Shown: positions 1 through 10,375 of the stretch, piece by piece
Layout: every line of letters begins with the position of its first letter
Position numbering within the stretch: the first letter of the stretch is position 1
Source of the DNA: Bdellovibrio sp.
GTDB taxonomy: Bacteria > Bdellovibrionota > Bdellovibrionia > Bdellovibrionales > Bdellovibrionaceae
Reading direction: 5' to 3'
Assembly (NCBI GenBank): GCA_036677065.1
Contig: JAKFBS010000001.1
Coordinates: forward strand, 384,001-448,000
DNA length: 64,000 nucleotides
Translations under genes and position numbers: made by a program
Notes under the pieces: model-generated
Databases searched by the model: none
What the model saw: the letters and a program-made list of their open reading frames with translations, nothing else
What the model was told of the DNA's origin: nothing

Positions 1-133
1 GTAAAAGTGCAAAACAAGGTCCAACGTCAATTATTTTGACACCCAAAATCGGTCTAAACGCCTCCTAACCGCCAGCTAAACTTGGTCTACGTTTCGCTAT
101 ACAAAAATTAATAGAATAACAAAGGTTGGATAT

Positions 134-691
134 ATGAAAAAATTTATGGCGGTCGTATTAGGTTTGATAGCTTTTTCTCAAAGCACCTTTGCAGCCCCTT
201 ATTATACAGGCATCGGCTGTAATGCAGAAGGCACTGCATGTACTTTCGGAAAACCTTCAAAGCGCGTTTTAAATTGGTCTAAAAAAGGAACGATCGCAGA
301 GCTTGGCGCAAAGTGTGAGAAATTTTTAGAAAATATTGAAACCCGTAAAAATGTGATCGCGCAAAATCAACCAGTTGTTTTGCAATACAAAAATTTTCAC
401 TCTTCTTGGTCTTCTGAATCAGAACCAACCGGCCAAGCTAAAATTATTTGTAAAGTTGAAATTCATTCTGAATTAGAAAATGTAAAAATCATTTCTAAAA
501 CTTATAAAAGTATGAACTGGGTTTGTGACAACGAACAACAAGCTGGAATTTGCAAACACTACATGCGTGAATGTGAAGCGGCTCGTGATCAAGCTTTACA
601 AGATAGCCGTGTTTTAGACGCAACGATCTATTTGGGTAGTTCATTAGCACAAGGTCAAATTTGTTACGTGGCGGCAGCTACTTTTAAATAA
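134..691 (+). CDS. Secreted Cys-rich hypothetical protein
   Basis: 185-aa ORF with Sec-type signal peptide (MKKFMAVVLGLIAFSQSTFA), several Cys, AAGG-type RBS. Confidence 0.8.
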   Translation: MKKFMAVVLGLIAFSQSTFAAPYYTGIGCNAEGTACTFGKPSKRVLNWSKKGTIAELGAKCEKFLENIETRKNVIAQNQPVVLQYKNFHSSWSSESEPTGQAKIICKVEIHSELENVKIISKTYKSMNWVCDNEQQAGICKHYMRECEAARDQALQDSRVLDATIYLGSSLAQGQICYVAAATFK

Positions 692-701
692 GGCCTAAAA
701 A

Positions 702-729
702 CATAAGCTAGACCTAGGTCTAGCTTATG
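702..729. repeat. Perfect 28-bp palindrome (possible terminator or operator)
   Basis: cataagctagacct|aggtctagcttatg, 10 bp after the stop at 691. Confidence 0.85.
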
Positions 730-814
730 GCTGTCCTAAGTTTTTCTAATTTCGTTTATCAACACATTTTTGTTAGCGTTTTATCAACAGCTAAGTTCCA
801 CGGAAGGAATAAAA

Positions 815-1774
815 ATGTTGAAAAACATCACCAGCGTTTTTCTGATCTTGTTATCGAGTTCTCTAGTTTATGGGTGGGGATCTAAAGGTCATCAAATTGT
901 CGCCTATGTGGGAGCTAACCTTACAACAGACGGCCAGGCTTTTTGGCAGGCGAATCTTGAACCACTTAGAAAATTAACAACTGTTCCTGATCGTGTGTGG
1001 AAGGCTCCAGCGACTAAAGCTGGCGAAGCCAACACACATTGGTTTCAAGTTGACGCTTATTATCAACCTGCCGATTATAACCAAATTATTCATTTTCCAA
1101 GCAGCTATTCAGATGCGATCACTAAATACGGCGCAAGCATGATTGAAATTAATGGCGTAGCGCCGTGGCGAATTCGTCAGTTATATCAATTGGCTTTTTA
1201 TAGTTTTTTGCAAGGTGATATGAAAAGTGCTTTAGAGTATGTCGGAGTCATGACCCATTATATTGGTGATTTATCTCAGCCTTTACATGTTACCGAAAAT
1301 TATGACGGCCAACAAAGTGGCAACAAAGGAATTCATTCTTACTTTGAAACCACAGTTATTAAAGATGAAATGAAAGTTCGCGCAGATGTTGAAAAAAAGG
1401 CGCAACGTCTGTTAACTGACGCCGGTTTTTTAAGTCAGTTTAATGGTAATCTGATGGATGCGATTTTATTAGAAGTCGAAAGATCAGTTTCTTTTCGTGA
1501 TCAAATTCTGCAAAACGATGATAAATACGGTCGCAGCAAAAATGGTGCAAGTATTCAATTAGAATTAGCTAAAGATCGCATGGCTGATGCGGCAGCAACG
1601 ACCGCGATGATTTTAAATCAGTTATGGCGTGATACTGGTCTTGTGGCCCAGGCCACACCGATGACGATTCAAGATCCGAAATGGGTGCAGCCTGATTTTA
1701 ATAATTTACCAGAAGAGCGTATGACACCTATTCACCAGAGATTTTTATCTGATGAAGAAGATTGTTCACTTTAA
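815..1774 (+). CDS. Secreted S1/P1 nuclease (zinc-dependent phospholipase C/P1 fold)
   Basis: Signal peptide then WGSKGH, HYIGDLSQPLH and GIHSYFE zinc-ligand motifs; ATG 815 follows GGAAGGA. Confidence 0.85.
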   Translation: MLKNITSVFLILLSSSLVYGWGSKGHQIVAYVGANLTTDGQAFWQANLEPLRKLTTVPDRVWKAPATKAGEANTHWFQVDAYYQPADYNQIIHFPSSYSDAITKYGASMIEINGVAPWRIRQLYQLAFYSFLQGDMKSALEYVGVMTHYIGDLSQPLHVTENYDGQQSGNKGIHSYFETTVIKDEMKVRADVEKKAQRLLTDAGFLSQFNGNLMDAILLEVERSVSFRDQILQNDDKYGRSKNGASIQLELAKDRMADAAATTAMILNQLWRDTGLVAQATPMTIQDPKWVQPDFNNLPEERMTPIHQRFLSDEEDCSL

Positions 1775-3342
1775 TTCGCAGGCTGGATAGTTGGCCCGAT
1801 TTCACCTTCGGCCTGTTTTATGCCGTCGTGTGAATGTGTAAAATGCCCTGAATACCATAAAACTAAATTTTGATCTGTTAAGCTTTCTCTATCTACAAAA
1901 CTGTTCAGTGCTGCACGAGTTGATGTGCGAATGCGGTTATCATCAATTTCATTAGGCTTATAACGAAGTAACCAAGCATCCGCGACACCGTAATAGTCGG
2001 CCTGACTATCCTGATCACCCGGAATAATATCATAAGCATCATCTTCTGAACTAGTGATGCGCCAGAATTGATTGTTCAGATTTTTTTTAAACATCACTTC
2101 TTGGTTTACCGGTCTGAACGTTTCACCATCTGACACCTGGGCAGAATTGGGGATTCCGCCGACATCAAAATCAAAACGCCAATAGACGTGATGGTGATGG
2201 GTGTAACAGACGCAAGAATTTCTGACTGCTGAAAATTGAAATATCGGTTTAATCTCGCCATTATTGTAAAGTTCAAATTTGCTGGCGTAGCGGTACCAGC
2301 CTGCCGAGATCTCTGTGACTAAAGTTACTTTTTCTTCGGTTTGATAAATGGCCACACCGCGAAAGTTTCCGCGGTCGTTGCCGGTATCAAAAATAGTGGT
2401 CGGCGGCTGAGTGGTAATACGAATTCCCGGAGCTTGGTCACTGCCGACAGCCTTAAAATAATTTTCAGCATAAGCCCAGTCACGGTAAGGGCCGCACATA
2501 TCACCCGAGTATTGCACATTTAAAATTGGAGTATGCGCGCGAGTTAAAATTAATTTTCCTTTATAATAAACATTTTTGATTTCTAAACCTGAGCCCTTAC
2601 TTCCTGACGAAGCTGACGGGCGAACCACGACGAAATTCCATAGCGGGCCATCCTCATTTGAAATATTAATTTCAGCAGATCCTGCACGGCCTTTACCTGT
2701 TACCGACTGCCCGGCATTTGGTAAACCACAAACTGCTTCAGTAGCTAGCGAAGTAGGCGGAGCTTTTTCAGGAAAGCGCATCACGGTTAACGTGCTTAGG
2801 TTCACACCGACAATTTCATGAATCGTAGGATCATTTTTCGAAGCAATACCAACCCCAATTACACGAGGCCCACCAAAACCACGAAGCATTTCAACCGTAG
2901 AAACTGTGCTAGGCATGGGCTCATAAGTAAATAATTCTCTGCTGATTAAGCCATTTGAAAATTCTGAATCCTGCAGCAATAGATTAACAGCTTCTTCGAA
3001 TTCTTCAGGAGTGGCGGGCACATCTTCAATAGTGGGTTGTATTTTTGGTGCAATTGTAAAATCAATTGGGCCGGTTAAGCGCAACATTGTTAAATCAGTG
3101 TAATTAAAGATGCGCACTTCATAATCAAGCCCTGATGATAAGGCCCGTTCGCTGAGTTCAGTTGTAACTAGTCGATAATCTTTTTGATCGAGTATTTTTA
3201 TGACGTCAGGATGGGCTAAAAGTTTTTCAACTACTTTTGAGCGATCTTCATCGGTTGGTCCAATTTGCCTCGCCGTTATTTTTGCCGTGTCAGCGTGAGA
3301 AAAAATTCCACAAAACAAAGTAGCAAAAAAAAATTTAAACAT
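1771..3342 (-). CDS. Secreted copper amine oxidase-like protein (divergent)
   Basis: Signal peptide; motifs GWYRY..F...G.I, HHHHVYWRFDFDVGG and ESL...LVLWY...TH align by eye with the CAO catalytic domain. Confidence 0.65.
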   Translation of the reverse strand: MFKFFFATLFCGIFSHADTAKITARQIGPTDEDRSKVVEKLLAHPDVIKILDQKDYRLVTTELSERALSSGLDYEVRIFNYTDLTMLRLTGPIDFTIAPKIQPTIEDVPATPEEFEEAVNLLLQDSEFSNGLISRELFTYEPMPSTVSTVEMLRGFGGPRVIGVGIASKNDPTIHEIVGVNLSTLTVMRFPEKAPPTSLATEAVCGLPNAGQSVTGKGRAGSAEINISNEDGPLWNFVVVRPSASSGSKGSGLEIKNVYYKGKLILTRAHTPILNVQYSGDMCGPYRDWAYAENYFKAVGSDQAPGIRITTQPPTTIFDTGNDRGNFRGVAIYQTEEKVTLVTEISAGWYRYASKFELYNNGEIKPIFQFSAVRNSCVCYTHHHHVYWRFDFDVGGIPNSAQVSDGETFRPVNQEVMFKKNLNNQFWRITSSEDDAYDIIPGDQDSQADYYGVADAWLLRYKPNEIDDNRIRTSTRAALNSFVDRESLTDQNLVLWYSGHFTHSHDGIKQAEGEIGPTIQPAN

Positions 3343-3377
3343 GAATTATCCTTTGTGAGTTCGAAAAGAGCTAAAAA

Positions 3378-3393
3378 AGCAAAGCCAGTGCCA
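3378..3393 (-). promoter_or_regulatory. sigma54 -24/-12 promoter
   Basis: Minus strand TGGCACtggctTTGCT, a full consensus match 35 bp upstream of ATG 3342. Confidence 0.75.
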
Positions 3394-3401
3394 TTGATAC
3401 G

Positions 3402-5279
3402 TTAGTGGTCTAAAGGATATTCTGCAGGAGGTTTGGCCACACGCGCATGACCATGTTTTTTCCAGAGATCCATCAAGTCGTGTTCATTTAAGGTTTCTGA
3501 AACTTGTAAAATTTTAACCGCTTCAATAATAAAGGTTTTATTTCGCGTTAAAGTTTCAGTGGCGCGCGAGAAACAATGATCGAGAATAGCGCGTATTTCC
3601 TGATCCACATCCGATGCGGTGCGATCACTTAACAGTTTTCCACCAGCTTCATAAGGGTTTTGCAAATAGGGAGAACGTTTGTTTTCTAAAGTGACCATGC
3701 CAATTTTTTCGCTCATTCCAAATTGAGTAACCATAGCGCGTGCTAAATCAGTAGCTTTGGCTAAATCATCACTGGCGCCGGTAGATATTTTTTCGCAAAA
3801 AATAGCTTCAGAACATCGGCCCCCTAAAAGAACAGCGATCTTATCAAAGAGCTCGTCTTCATCTAACACATAACGATCTTCGGTAGGGCGCTGAATGGTG
3901 TAACCTAAAGCACCCATACCACGGGGAATAACACTGACTTTATGCACTTTATCTGTCGTGCTCAATGCCAGCGCGACTGTCGCATGACCCATTTCATGAT
4001 AGGCAATGCGCCGTTTTTCTTTCTCGTTCATGACTTTGCCTTTTTTTTCTAAACCGGCGACCAGGCGTTCAATCGCTTGAGTAAAATCATCTTCAACGAC
4101 GAAGTCTGCATTTCTTCTGGTTGCAACGATAGCAGCTTCATTTACTAAATTGGCTAAGTCTGCTCCTGAAAATCCAGAAGTGAGCGAGGCTATATGATTT
4201 AAATCAATATTTGGATCAAGAGTGATGCGCTTGACATGCACTTTCAAAATTTGTAAACGCCCGACTTGATCAGGTGCACTTAATAAAATCTGGCGATCAA
4301 AGCGACCGGCGCGCAGCAAAGCAGGATCTAAAATTTCAGGACGATTTGTGGCGGCAATCATAATCACACCTTCAGAACTATCAAAGCCATCCATTTCGGC
4401 TAAGAGCTGATTCAGTGTTTGTTCTTTTTCGTCGTTACCCCCGCCACCGATCACGCCAAAAGCGCGCGATTTTCCTAAGGCGTCAATTTCATCAATGAAT
4501 AATAAACACGGGGCTTGGGCTCGGGCTTGTTCGAATAAATCCCGTACCCGCGCAGCACCAAGGCCAACAAACATTTCGACAAACTCTGAACCGTTAATAG
4601 AAAAAAAAGTGACTTTAGCTTCACCGGCAACAGCACGGGCTAATAAAGTTTTTCCAGTTCCTGGCGGGCCAACTATTAAAACCCCTTTCGGGGCACGGCC
4701 ACCCAGGCGACTGTAGCGTGAGGGATCTTGTAAGAAATTAACGATTTCAGCTAATTCATCTTTGGCTTCATCAACACCGGCCACGTCAGAAAAAGTAGTC
4801 TTGATCCCTTTTTCCATGTAAATTTTTGCGCGTGATTTGGTTAAAGATAAAATACCACCTGCGCCGCGGCCCATTCCGCGGGCAGCAATACTAAATAAAA
4901 AATAGATGAATAAAATTGGAATCAGCCACGCAAACGCGATTCGCCAAAATGGATCTTTGAATTCACTGCGAAAGGTTACATTATTATCATGCAGCCGCTG
5001 CACTAGATTTTCATCCGGCGCTAAATTGGTTGTAAAAATTTTGGCATTATTCGGATCAGCATTTTTAATTTCACCGCGCACCGAGGATTCGGTGATGACG
5101 ATATTGTTAATTTCATTTTTATCTAAGAGCTGTAGAAATTCGCTGTAGGGGATAGTTTCTGCGCGTGAGCGAAAGAGATAACTATTAAAAACAATGATGC
5201 CCAGTAAAACCATAAACATCACGCCAAAATTCATTTTGTTATCGACTAATTTGTTGGGTTTTGGTTGGTCGTCTTGCAT
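3402..5279 (-). CDS. ftsH: ATP-dependent zinc metalloprotease FtsH
   Basis: Two N-terminal TM segments, Walker A GPPGTGKT, Walker B, SRH ([10 protein letters not shown]), HEMGH zinc motif. Confidence 0.97.
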   Translation of the reverse strand: MQDDQPKPNKLVDNKMNFGVMFMVLLGIIVFNSYLFRSRAETIPYSEFLQLLDKNEINNIVITESSVRGEIKNADPNNAKIFTTNLAPDENLVQRLHDNNVTFRSEFKDPFWRIAFAWLIPILFIYFLFSIAARGMGRGAGGILSLTKSRAKIYMEKGIKTTFSDVAGVDEAKDELAEIVNFLQDPSRYSRLGGRAPKGVLIVGPPGTGKTLLARAVAGEAKVTFFSINGSEFVEMFVGLGAARVRDLFEQARAQAPCLLFIDEIDALGKSRAFGVIGGGGNDEKEQTLNQLLAEMDGFDSSEGVIMIAATNRPEILDPALLRAGRFDRQILLSAPDQVGRLQILKVHVKRITLDPNIDLNHIASLTSGFSGADLANLVNEAAIVATRRNADFVVEDDFTQAIERLVAGLEKKGKVMNEKEKRRIAYHEMGHATVALALSTTDKVHKVSVIPRGMGALGYTIQRPTEDRYVLDEDELFDKIAVLLGGRCSEAIFCEKISTGASDDLAKATDLARAMVTQFGMSEKIGMVTLENKRSPYLQNPYEAGGKLLSDRTASDVDQEIRAILDHCFSRATETLTRNKTFIIEAVKILQVSETLNEHDLMDLWKKHGHARVAKPPAEYPLDH

Positions 5280-5450
5280 GCAAAAAAACTAAAGGTTCAA
5301 ATTCTATTCCATCAGCGCAGGCGATAAGGGCCAGTACATCCAGTAAGCGAGGCAACTTAGTTTAAACTAAACTAAGTCTTGAGACATTTTAAGACAAATA
5401 AAATCATGTTTGGTTGACCAAACCCCCGTCGACGCGTGTAGGATTAGCCA

Positions 5451-6092
5451 GTGTCGTCAATTAATCATTTTCCTACTTTTCATTATTCACAACCCAGTGA
5501 ATACCATTTCAGTCATGATTCGGTATTTTTGGCCCGCGAAGTTTATGAGCGTCATGGTGATCAATTAGCCAAAGACGGGATTAAGATTCTGGACCTGTGC
5601 GCTGGTTGCGGGATTGTCGGTATGGATTTACTGTTTCATCAACTTAAAGAAAAAACTTTTGCTGGCGAAATTGATTTTTTAGAAATTCAATCTGTTTATG
5701 AAGCTCACTGGGCAAAAAATAAAGAAATTATGCAGGGGTATTTTCCGCAAAGCCCACTTAATTTTAATTTCATTCTGCAAAATTATGCGGAAGTTACTTC
5801 GCCTAAAAAATATGATTTCATTTTATCGAACCCACCGTATTTTCTAATTGGGCAGGGTGTAAAATCGCCGAGCGAGTTTAAAAATCGTTGCCGCTTTTTT
5901 ATGGATGCTGATTGGCAGGCGATGTTGTGTTTTATGCAGGCTTCGCTAAAACCTGAAGGTCAGGCTTATTTCTTGGTGCGCGATGAACTTAAAGATATTA
6001 TCTGCCGTCAGCCAGCCAGCGAAGTGACTTTTCCTTTCAAAGTGCGCACGGCCTGGGTTGCGCACATGAAAAAATTGTCGTCTATAGACTAA
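5451..6092 (+). CDS. Class I SAM-dependent methyltransferase (tRNA1(Val) A37 N6-methyltransferase-like)
   Basis: Y.Q...Y.FS.DSV.LA N-terminus, LDLCAGCG motif I, NPPY motif IV. Confidence 0.7.
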   Translation: MSSINHFPTFHYSQPSEYHFSHDSVFLAREVYERHGDQLAKDGIKILDLCAGCGIVGMDLLFHQLKEKTFAGEIDFLEIQSVYEAHWAKNKEIMQGYFPQSPLNFNFILQNYAEVTSPKKYDFILSNPPYFLIGQGVKSPSEFKNRCRFFMDADWQAMLCFMQASLKPEGQAYFLVRDELKDIICRQPASEVTFPFKVRTAWVAHMKKLSSID

Positions 6093-6202
6093 AAGCTTTT
6101 TTAGCTGGGCGCGTCCACAAATTCAAGAATTGAGCGTCAGGAATTTCTTTAATTTCGTAGCCTACCGGAAGCTTGTATTTTAAACTCATTACCAAAGTAT
6201 AT

Positions 6203-6844
6203 ATGAGTCAAAAAAGCGCCGTCAGTAAAATTAATAGTCGCGGAGCCTTATTAGTGTTTCCGATCAATAATAAAAAAGAACCAGCTTCTTTGTGGTCAGA
6301 GTTTTACCCAAAATCTAAAATGCGCTGGGAGTGGGATTCTGACGGCGATGACCGTGTCGGTAAACTTTGGACATTAATGAAAAAACTTTCGCATAGCCGC
6401 GAAGTCGTCTATTCAAAGTGGTATCAGGGCAGGGCCACGTTTTTTTCGCGTAAGTTGTTTACAGCATTATTGTGTAAGTCTTTACAGGATTTCGATGAAC
6501 CACATCTGTCTCATACGGCAAAAAACTTATTAGACGCCTTAGAAAGTGATTCGCCACTTTCGACTAAGCAATTAAAACAAATCACCGAACTACGTGGTAA
6601 AGATAACGAGCGCTTCTATAATCGGGGAATGAAAGAGTTATTCTCGAAATTTCTGATTGTCGCTTATGGCGAAGTGGATGATGGAGCTTTTCCATCGTTA
6701 GCCGTGGGTGCGACTAAAAATTTATACGAAGACCTGTTAAACGATGCGCGCGCGATGCGGGTAGCAGAGGCTGATAAAATCATCGAACAGTATTTGCCTG
6801 AAGGAAATTTGTTTCGTAAACAATTAGATAAGAGAGCAAAATGA
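6203..6844 (+). CDS. AlkZ-related winged-helix protein (putative)
   Basis: LW..MKKL...VVYSKWYQGRATFFS segment and C-terminal wHTH-like SPLSTKQLK; ATG at 6203. Confidence 0.5.
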   Translation: MSQKSAVSKINSRGALLVFPINNKKEPASLWSEFYPKSKMRWEWDSDGDDRVGKLWTLMKKLSHSREVVYSKWYQGRATFFSRKLFTALLCKSLQDFDEPHLSHTAKNLLDALESDSPLSTKQLKQITELRGKDNERFYNRGMKELFSKFLIVAYGEVDDGAFPSLAVGATKNLYEDLLNDARAMRVAEADKIIEQYLPEGNLFRKQLDKRAK

Positions 6845-7497
6845 AAACTGCAGTAATTATTGGTTCAACAGGTCTTGTCGGTACAGAGCTTATTCATGCT
6901 TTAAGCCAAAGCCACCACTATGATAAAATATTTGTGATCACTCGTCGTCGTGTTGAATTCATTGATGCAAAAGTTGAACCTGTGGTTTTAGCTTTCGAGC
7001 AATTAGAAGAACTGAAATTTCCTGATGGTGCAGATTATTTTTGTGCGTTAGGAACAACGATCAAACAAGCGGGATCACAAGCTGAATTTCGTAAAGTAGA
7101 TTACGACTATGTACTAAATTTTGCCAAAGTTGCTAAAAAATGCGCGGCAAATTCCTTTCATATGGTTTCAGCGTTGGGAGCCAGCACGACTTCGACAAAT
7201 TTTTATTCACGTACTAAAGGTGAAATCGAAAAAGCAGTTTCAGCTTTAGAATTAAAAAAACTTCGCATTTATCAACCAAGCTTATTAATCGGTAAACGCG
7301 ATAAACTAGGCCAGCCGACCAGATTAGGCGAGGAGATCGTCACTGCTCTGTATCACAAAGGTAAATTTTTATTTTCAGGAATATTGCGAAAATACGAACC
7401 AATCACTGCAGAAAAAGTGGCTATGGCTATGACAAATAATGCCATAGCCAATTCTGATATAGTTAAGATGGTTATTTCAAATCAAGAAATGCACTAG
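6841..7497 (+). CDS. NAD(P)H-binding atypical SDR (YraR/TIP30-like)
   Basis: GSTGLVG Rossmann motif, CALGTTIKQAGS..FRKVDYDY, YSRTKGE. Confidence 0.88.
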   Translation: MKTAVIIGSTGLVGTELIHALSQSHHYDKIFVITRRRVEFIDAKVEPVVLAFEQLEELKFPDGADYFCALGTTIKQAGSQAEFRKVDYDYVLNFAKVAKKCAANSFHMVSALGASTTSTNFYSRTKGEIEKAVSALELKKLRIYQPSLLIGKRDKLGQPTRLGEEIVTALYHKGKFLFSGILRKYEPITAEKVAMAMTNNAIANSDIVKMVISNQEMH

Positions 7498-7579
7498 TGC
7501 TGTTGGTCGAGGTTCTCAAATGCCACATCATGGCATCGAGATTACTGTGCTAATGTTTTAGCTCTCAGAAAGAGGGTTT

Positions 7580-8113
7580 ATGGCTAAAAAAATACTTTTA
7601 AGTCTAGTGGTTGTGATTATTTTATTCTTAGCTTTTGTTTCAACTCGTTCTGGTAAATTTAATTACGAAAGAAGTATTGTGATCAATGCTCCTGCTGAAA
7701 AAATCTACCCGTATTTAAGTAATTTTAAATTAGGCTCGCAGTGGAATCCTTTTGATCAAAAAGATCCAAATTTAAAACGCACTTTTTTAGGTAACGACGG
7801 CGAAGTCGGTTCAGCTATGGAATTTGAAGGCAATAATGATGCCGGCAGCGGAAAATTAGAAATGCTAAGTTTGATTCCAAACACTGAAGCGCAAATTAAG
7901 TTAACGATGACTAAACCTTGGAAAGCTGAAAATTTAATTATTTATAAATTAACACCCGAAGCCGAAGGTACCCGTTTTTCATGGGCGATGGGTGGCGATG
8001 GTGGTTTTATGGGTAAATTAATGATGACGATAATTGATTGCGAAAAAATGATTACCGATGAGTTCGAAAAAGGCTTTCAAAATTTAAAATTTATAGTTGA
8101 AAATAAAAAATAG
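7580..8113 (+). CDS. SRPBCC (polyketide cyclase-like) family protein with N-terminal anchor
   Basis: ERSIVINAPAEKIYPYL...W.PF..KDP motif; hydrophobic N-terminus. Confidence 0.85.
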   Translation: MAKKILLSLVVVIILFLAFVSTRSGKFNYERSIVINAPAEKIYPYLSNFKLGSQWNPFDQKDPNLKRTFLGNDGEVGSAMEFEGNNDAGSGKLEMLSLIPNTEAQIKLTMTKPWKAENLIIYKLTPEAEGTRFSWAMGGDGGFMGKLMMTIIDCEKMITDEFEKGFQNLKFIVENKK

Positions 8114-8122
8114 GATTTATAT

Positions 8123-9073
8123 ATGAAATTAACAACCAACCAAGATTTAAAACAGTTTCCTGAGTCACATTATGTCTTTATTGAAAAAATTGGGCCCTTC
8201 CAAGAGACCGCAATGGCCGCATGGCAAGAATTGCATAAAAATTTAGAAACCATCGGATCTGATAATAAAATCACTGGTTATCTCAGCCAATATAAAGTTC
8301 AGCCGCAAATGATTTATCGCGCCGGTGTGGCGGTAGACCAAAAGCCTGCGCTATTGCCAGAAGGATTTAAATACGAAAGATTCGAAGGCGGCGTTTACCA
8401 GCGTTTTACTTTAATTGGCGGGTATCAAAATTTGCCAGAGGCTTGTGGTGTAGTATTTGCGCTAGTCGAAAAAGAAAAATTACCGATGCGTCCCGATTGG
8501 TTTGTTGAAAATTATATAAATAGCCCGAAAGAAACCGCCGAAGAAAATTTAATCACAGAAATTTTAATTCCAACAACTTCAGATATTAAACCATTTACAA
8601 TAAGCCGCGAGTTTAATGCGCCAAAAGATTTAATGTGGAAGTGCTGGACTGAAATATCACATTTAGAAAAATGGTCTGGCCCAAAAGGTTCAAAACTAAA
8701 ACAATCTACCCACGATTTTAAAACCGGCGCAACCAACCATTACTGCATGACTTCTCCCGACGGAGTTGAAACCTGGGGTATACAAGTGTTTCGCGACATC
8801 GTAAAACCTGATCGTTATGTCTATATAAATAGCTTTGCAGATGCCAAAGGCAATAGTGCTCGTCACCCGATGAGTGCCACTTGGCCATTAGAAATGCTGA
8901 CAACAATCACGTTAACGAGTTTAGGAACAAAGACTCAAGTTACGATTGAGTGGATGCCCATGAACGCAAATGCTGAAGAAATTAAAACTTTCAACGACGC
9001 TCATGAAGGTATGAAAATGGGTTGGGGTGGTTCTTTAGATACTCTTGAAGAGTACCTAAAGACGTTAACTTAA
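8123..9073 (+). CDS. GyrI-like small-molecule-binding domain fused to SRPBCC/AHSA1 domain
   Basis: N-half GyrI-like (YRAGVAV, GG.Y..F...G.Y, ENYINSP..LITEILIP); C-half SREFNAPKDLMWKCWTE..HL.KW.GP, GWGGSLD.LE. Confidence 0.85.
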   Translation: MKLTTNQDLKQFPESHYVFIEKIGPFQETAMAAWQELHKNLETIGSDNKITGYLSQYKVQPQMIYRAGVAVDQKPALLPEGFKYERFEGGVYQRFTLIGGYQNLPEACGVVFALVEKEKLPMRPDWFVENYINSPKETAEENLITEILIPTTSDIKPFTISREFNAPKDLMWKCWTEISHLEKWSGPKGSKLKQSTHDFKTGATNHYCMTSPDGVETWGIQVFRDIVKPDRYVYINSFADAKGNSARHPMSATWPLEMLTTITLTSLGTKTQVTIEWMPMNANAEEIKTFNDAHEGMKMGWGGSLDTLEEYLKTLT

Positions 9074-10348
9074 ATCGAGATTCCATCCAGATTCAAACGC
9101 GCCATGAACAGTGGCGCGCGAAGAATCCACTGCTGTGCCTTCGCCGATAATGTAAATTGTATCGTCAAACGACTTTTTAAGTCGCTTAGCTTTTTTTAAA
9201 CCATCTAAAGCTATGTATGAATAAGCTCCGCGCGAAAAAGGGTCGGTCGACCAATTGTGTGAAAACCAGGATTCAATTTGTGAATTAATAAAATTAAAAG
9301 ATTTTTGCGTGATGCGAGATAGCGTTTGAATTGCTGTGTGAACTTTTTCTTCATTGCTCCAATTCGACATTTGTAAAGCTTTTGGTCCACCTTGCCAAGC
9401 CATCAGGTATGGCGTGCGTAGCGGCTGGTGATTCCACCAGGTCGGAAAATAAAATTCAGGGCCAGCGTGAAAATAACTTTGTTTTGATTCGCTAAGATCC
9501 TCCCAAAACCGGTCGTGAAAGCGAAAAACAATTTTTTGCACGTGCCCCATATTAATGCTAAACAGGCTTTCTCTAAGATCTTTGGGCCACTTGTTCCATT
9601 CAATAGCATTAGATTGTAAAACAGCTATTGGCAGGCTCAGGATTAATTTTTTGCAGGAATAGTTTTTTGTAACTTGGGCAGGGCCTTCTAGGCAGGTCAG
9701 AGTGACTTCGTTTTTTTTCCAGTTAATTTTTTTGACCACAGTGCTGAGGTGAAGGCGGTTGTGTTCAATATGCCAATCAGCCATCTTCGCAAAAATCTGA
9801 TCATAGCGGTAAAGCGGGCGAAATAATTCTGAACCATTTAAAGAATCGTCTTTAGAACTTTTTGTCGAAGCCAGGCCTTTCTCTTCGATAAGGTGCAGAT
9901 TGGCTGCATGAAATCCCTCTACATAAGTCATAAAATTTTTTTTCATTTCAGGAGGAAGATGCTGGCGTTGAATAAAATCGGCAACGCTTCGATCTGTTTT
10001 AGCGTTTGGAGAAAGTTTATCCAAAATTTTTTTCATTTTTTCCCAGTAGTCAGGAATTTTAATCAGTTTATTATTTTTCAGAAAATAATGTTCATCGTTT
10101 ACATCATAAAAAGGTAAATGCAGACGCCGAAAAAGTTCAAGCATCCGTTTGGGTGCTCCATGAATATATTCTGCTCCTAATTCAATTCCAGTAGACATGC
10201 CGGGCTCGACATGACTGTAAATACGTCCGCCTAAGCGTGGACGCGCTTCAAGTATTTTAAAATTTACACCACTTAAGCTAAGCTGCTGCGCGCAAGCTAT
10301 ACCCGAAGCTCCAGCGCCAACTATTATTACATCTGCAGAATGCTCCAT
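9065..10348 (-). CDS. Flavin monoamine oxidase family protein
   Basis: GAGASG FAD motif, LEARPRLGGR, ELGAEYIHG, W..DPFSRGAYS, TVHGAFESG. Confidence 0.92.
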   Translation of the reverse strand: MEHSADVIIVGAGASGIACAQQLSLSGVNFKILEARPRLGGRIYSHVEPGMSTGIELGAEYIHGAPKRMLELFRRLHLPFYDVNDEHYFLKNNKLIKIPDYWEKMKKILDKLSPNAKTDRSVADFIQRQHLPPEMKKNFMTYVEGFHAANLHLIEEKGLASTKSSKDDSLNGSELFRPLYRYDQIFAKMADWHIEHNRLHLSTVVKKINWKKNEVTLTCLEGPAQVTKNYSCKKLILSLPIAVLQSNAIEWNKWPKDLRESLFSINMGHVQKIVFRFHDRFWEDLSESKQSYFHAGPEFYFPTWWNHQPLRTPYLMAWQGGPKALQMSNWSNEEKVHTAIQTLSRITQKSFNFINSQIESWFSHNWSTDPFSRGAYSYIALDGLKKAKRLKKSFDDTIYIIGEGTAVDSSRATVHGAFESGWNLDLS

Positions 10349-10375
10349 GCAGGTGATGGAGCAAGAAGTTCGCCT

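Noticed and set aside
5451..6092. DNA adenine methyltransferase of a restriction-modification system (NPPY motif)
   Set aside because: Size and N-terminal motif fit small RNA methyltransferases; no nuclease or specificity gene nearby
7531..7546. sigma54-like TGGCATcgagaTTACT
   Set aside because: Lacks the conserved -12 GC
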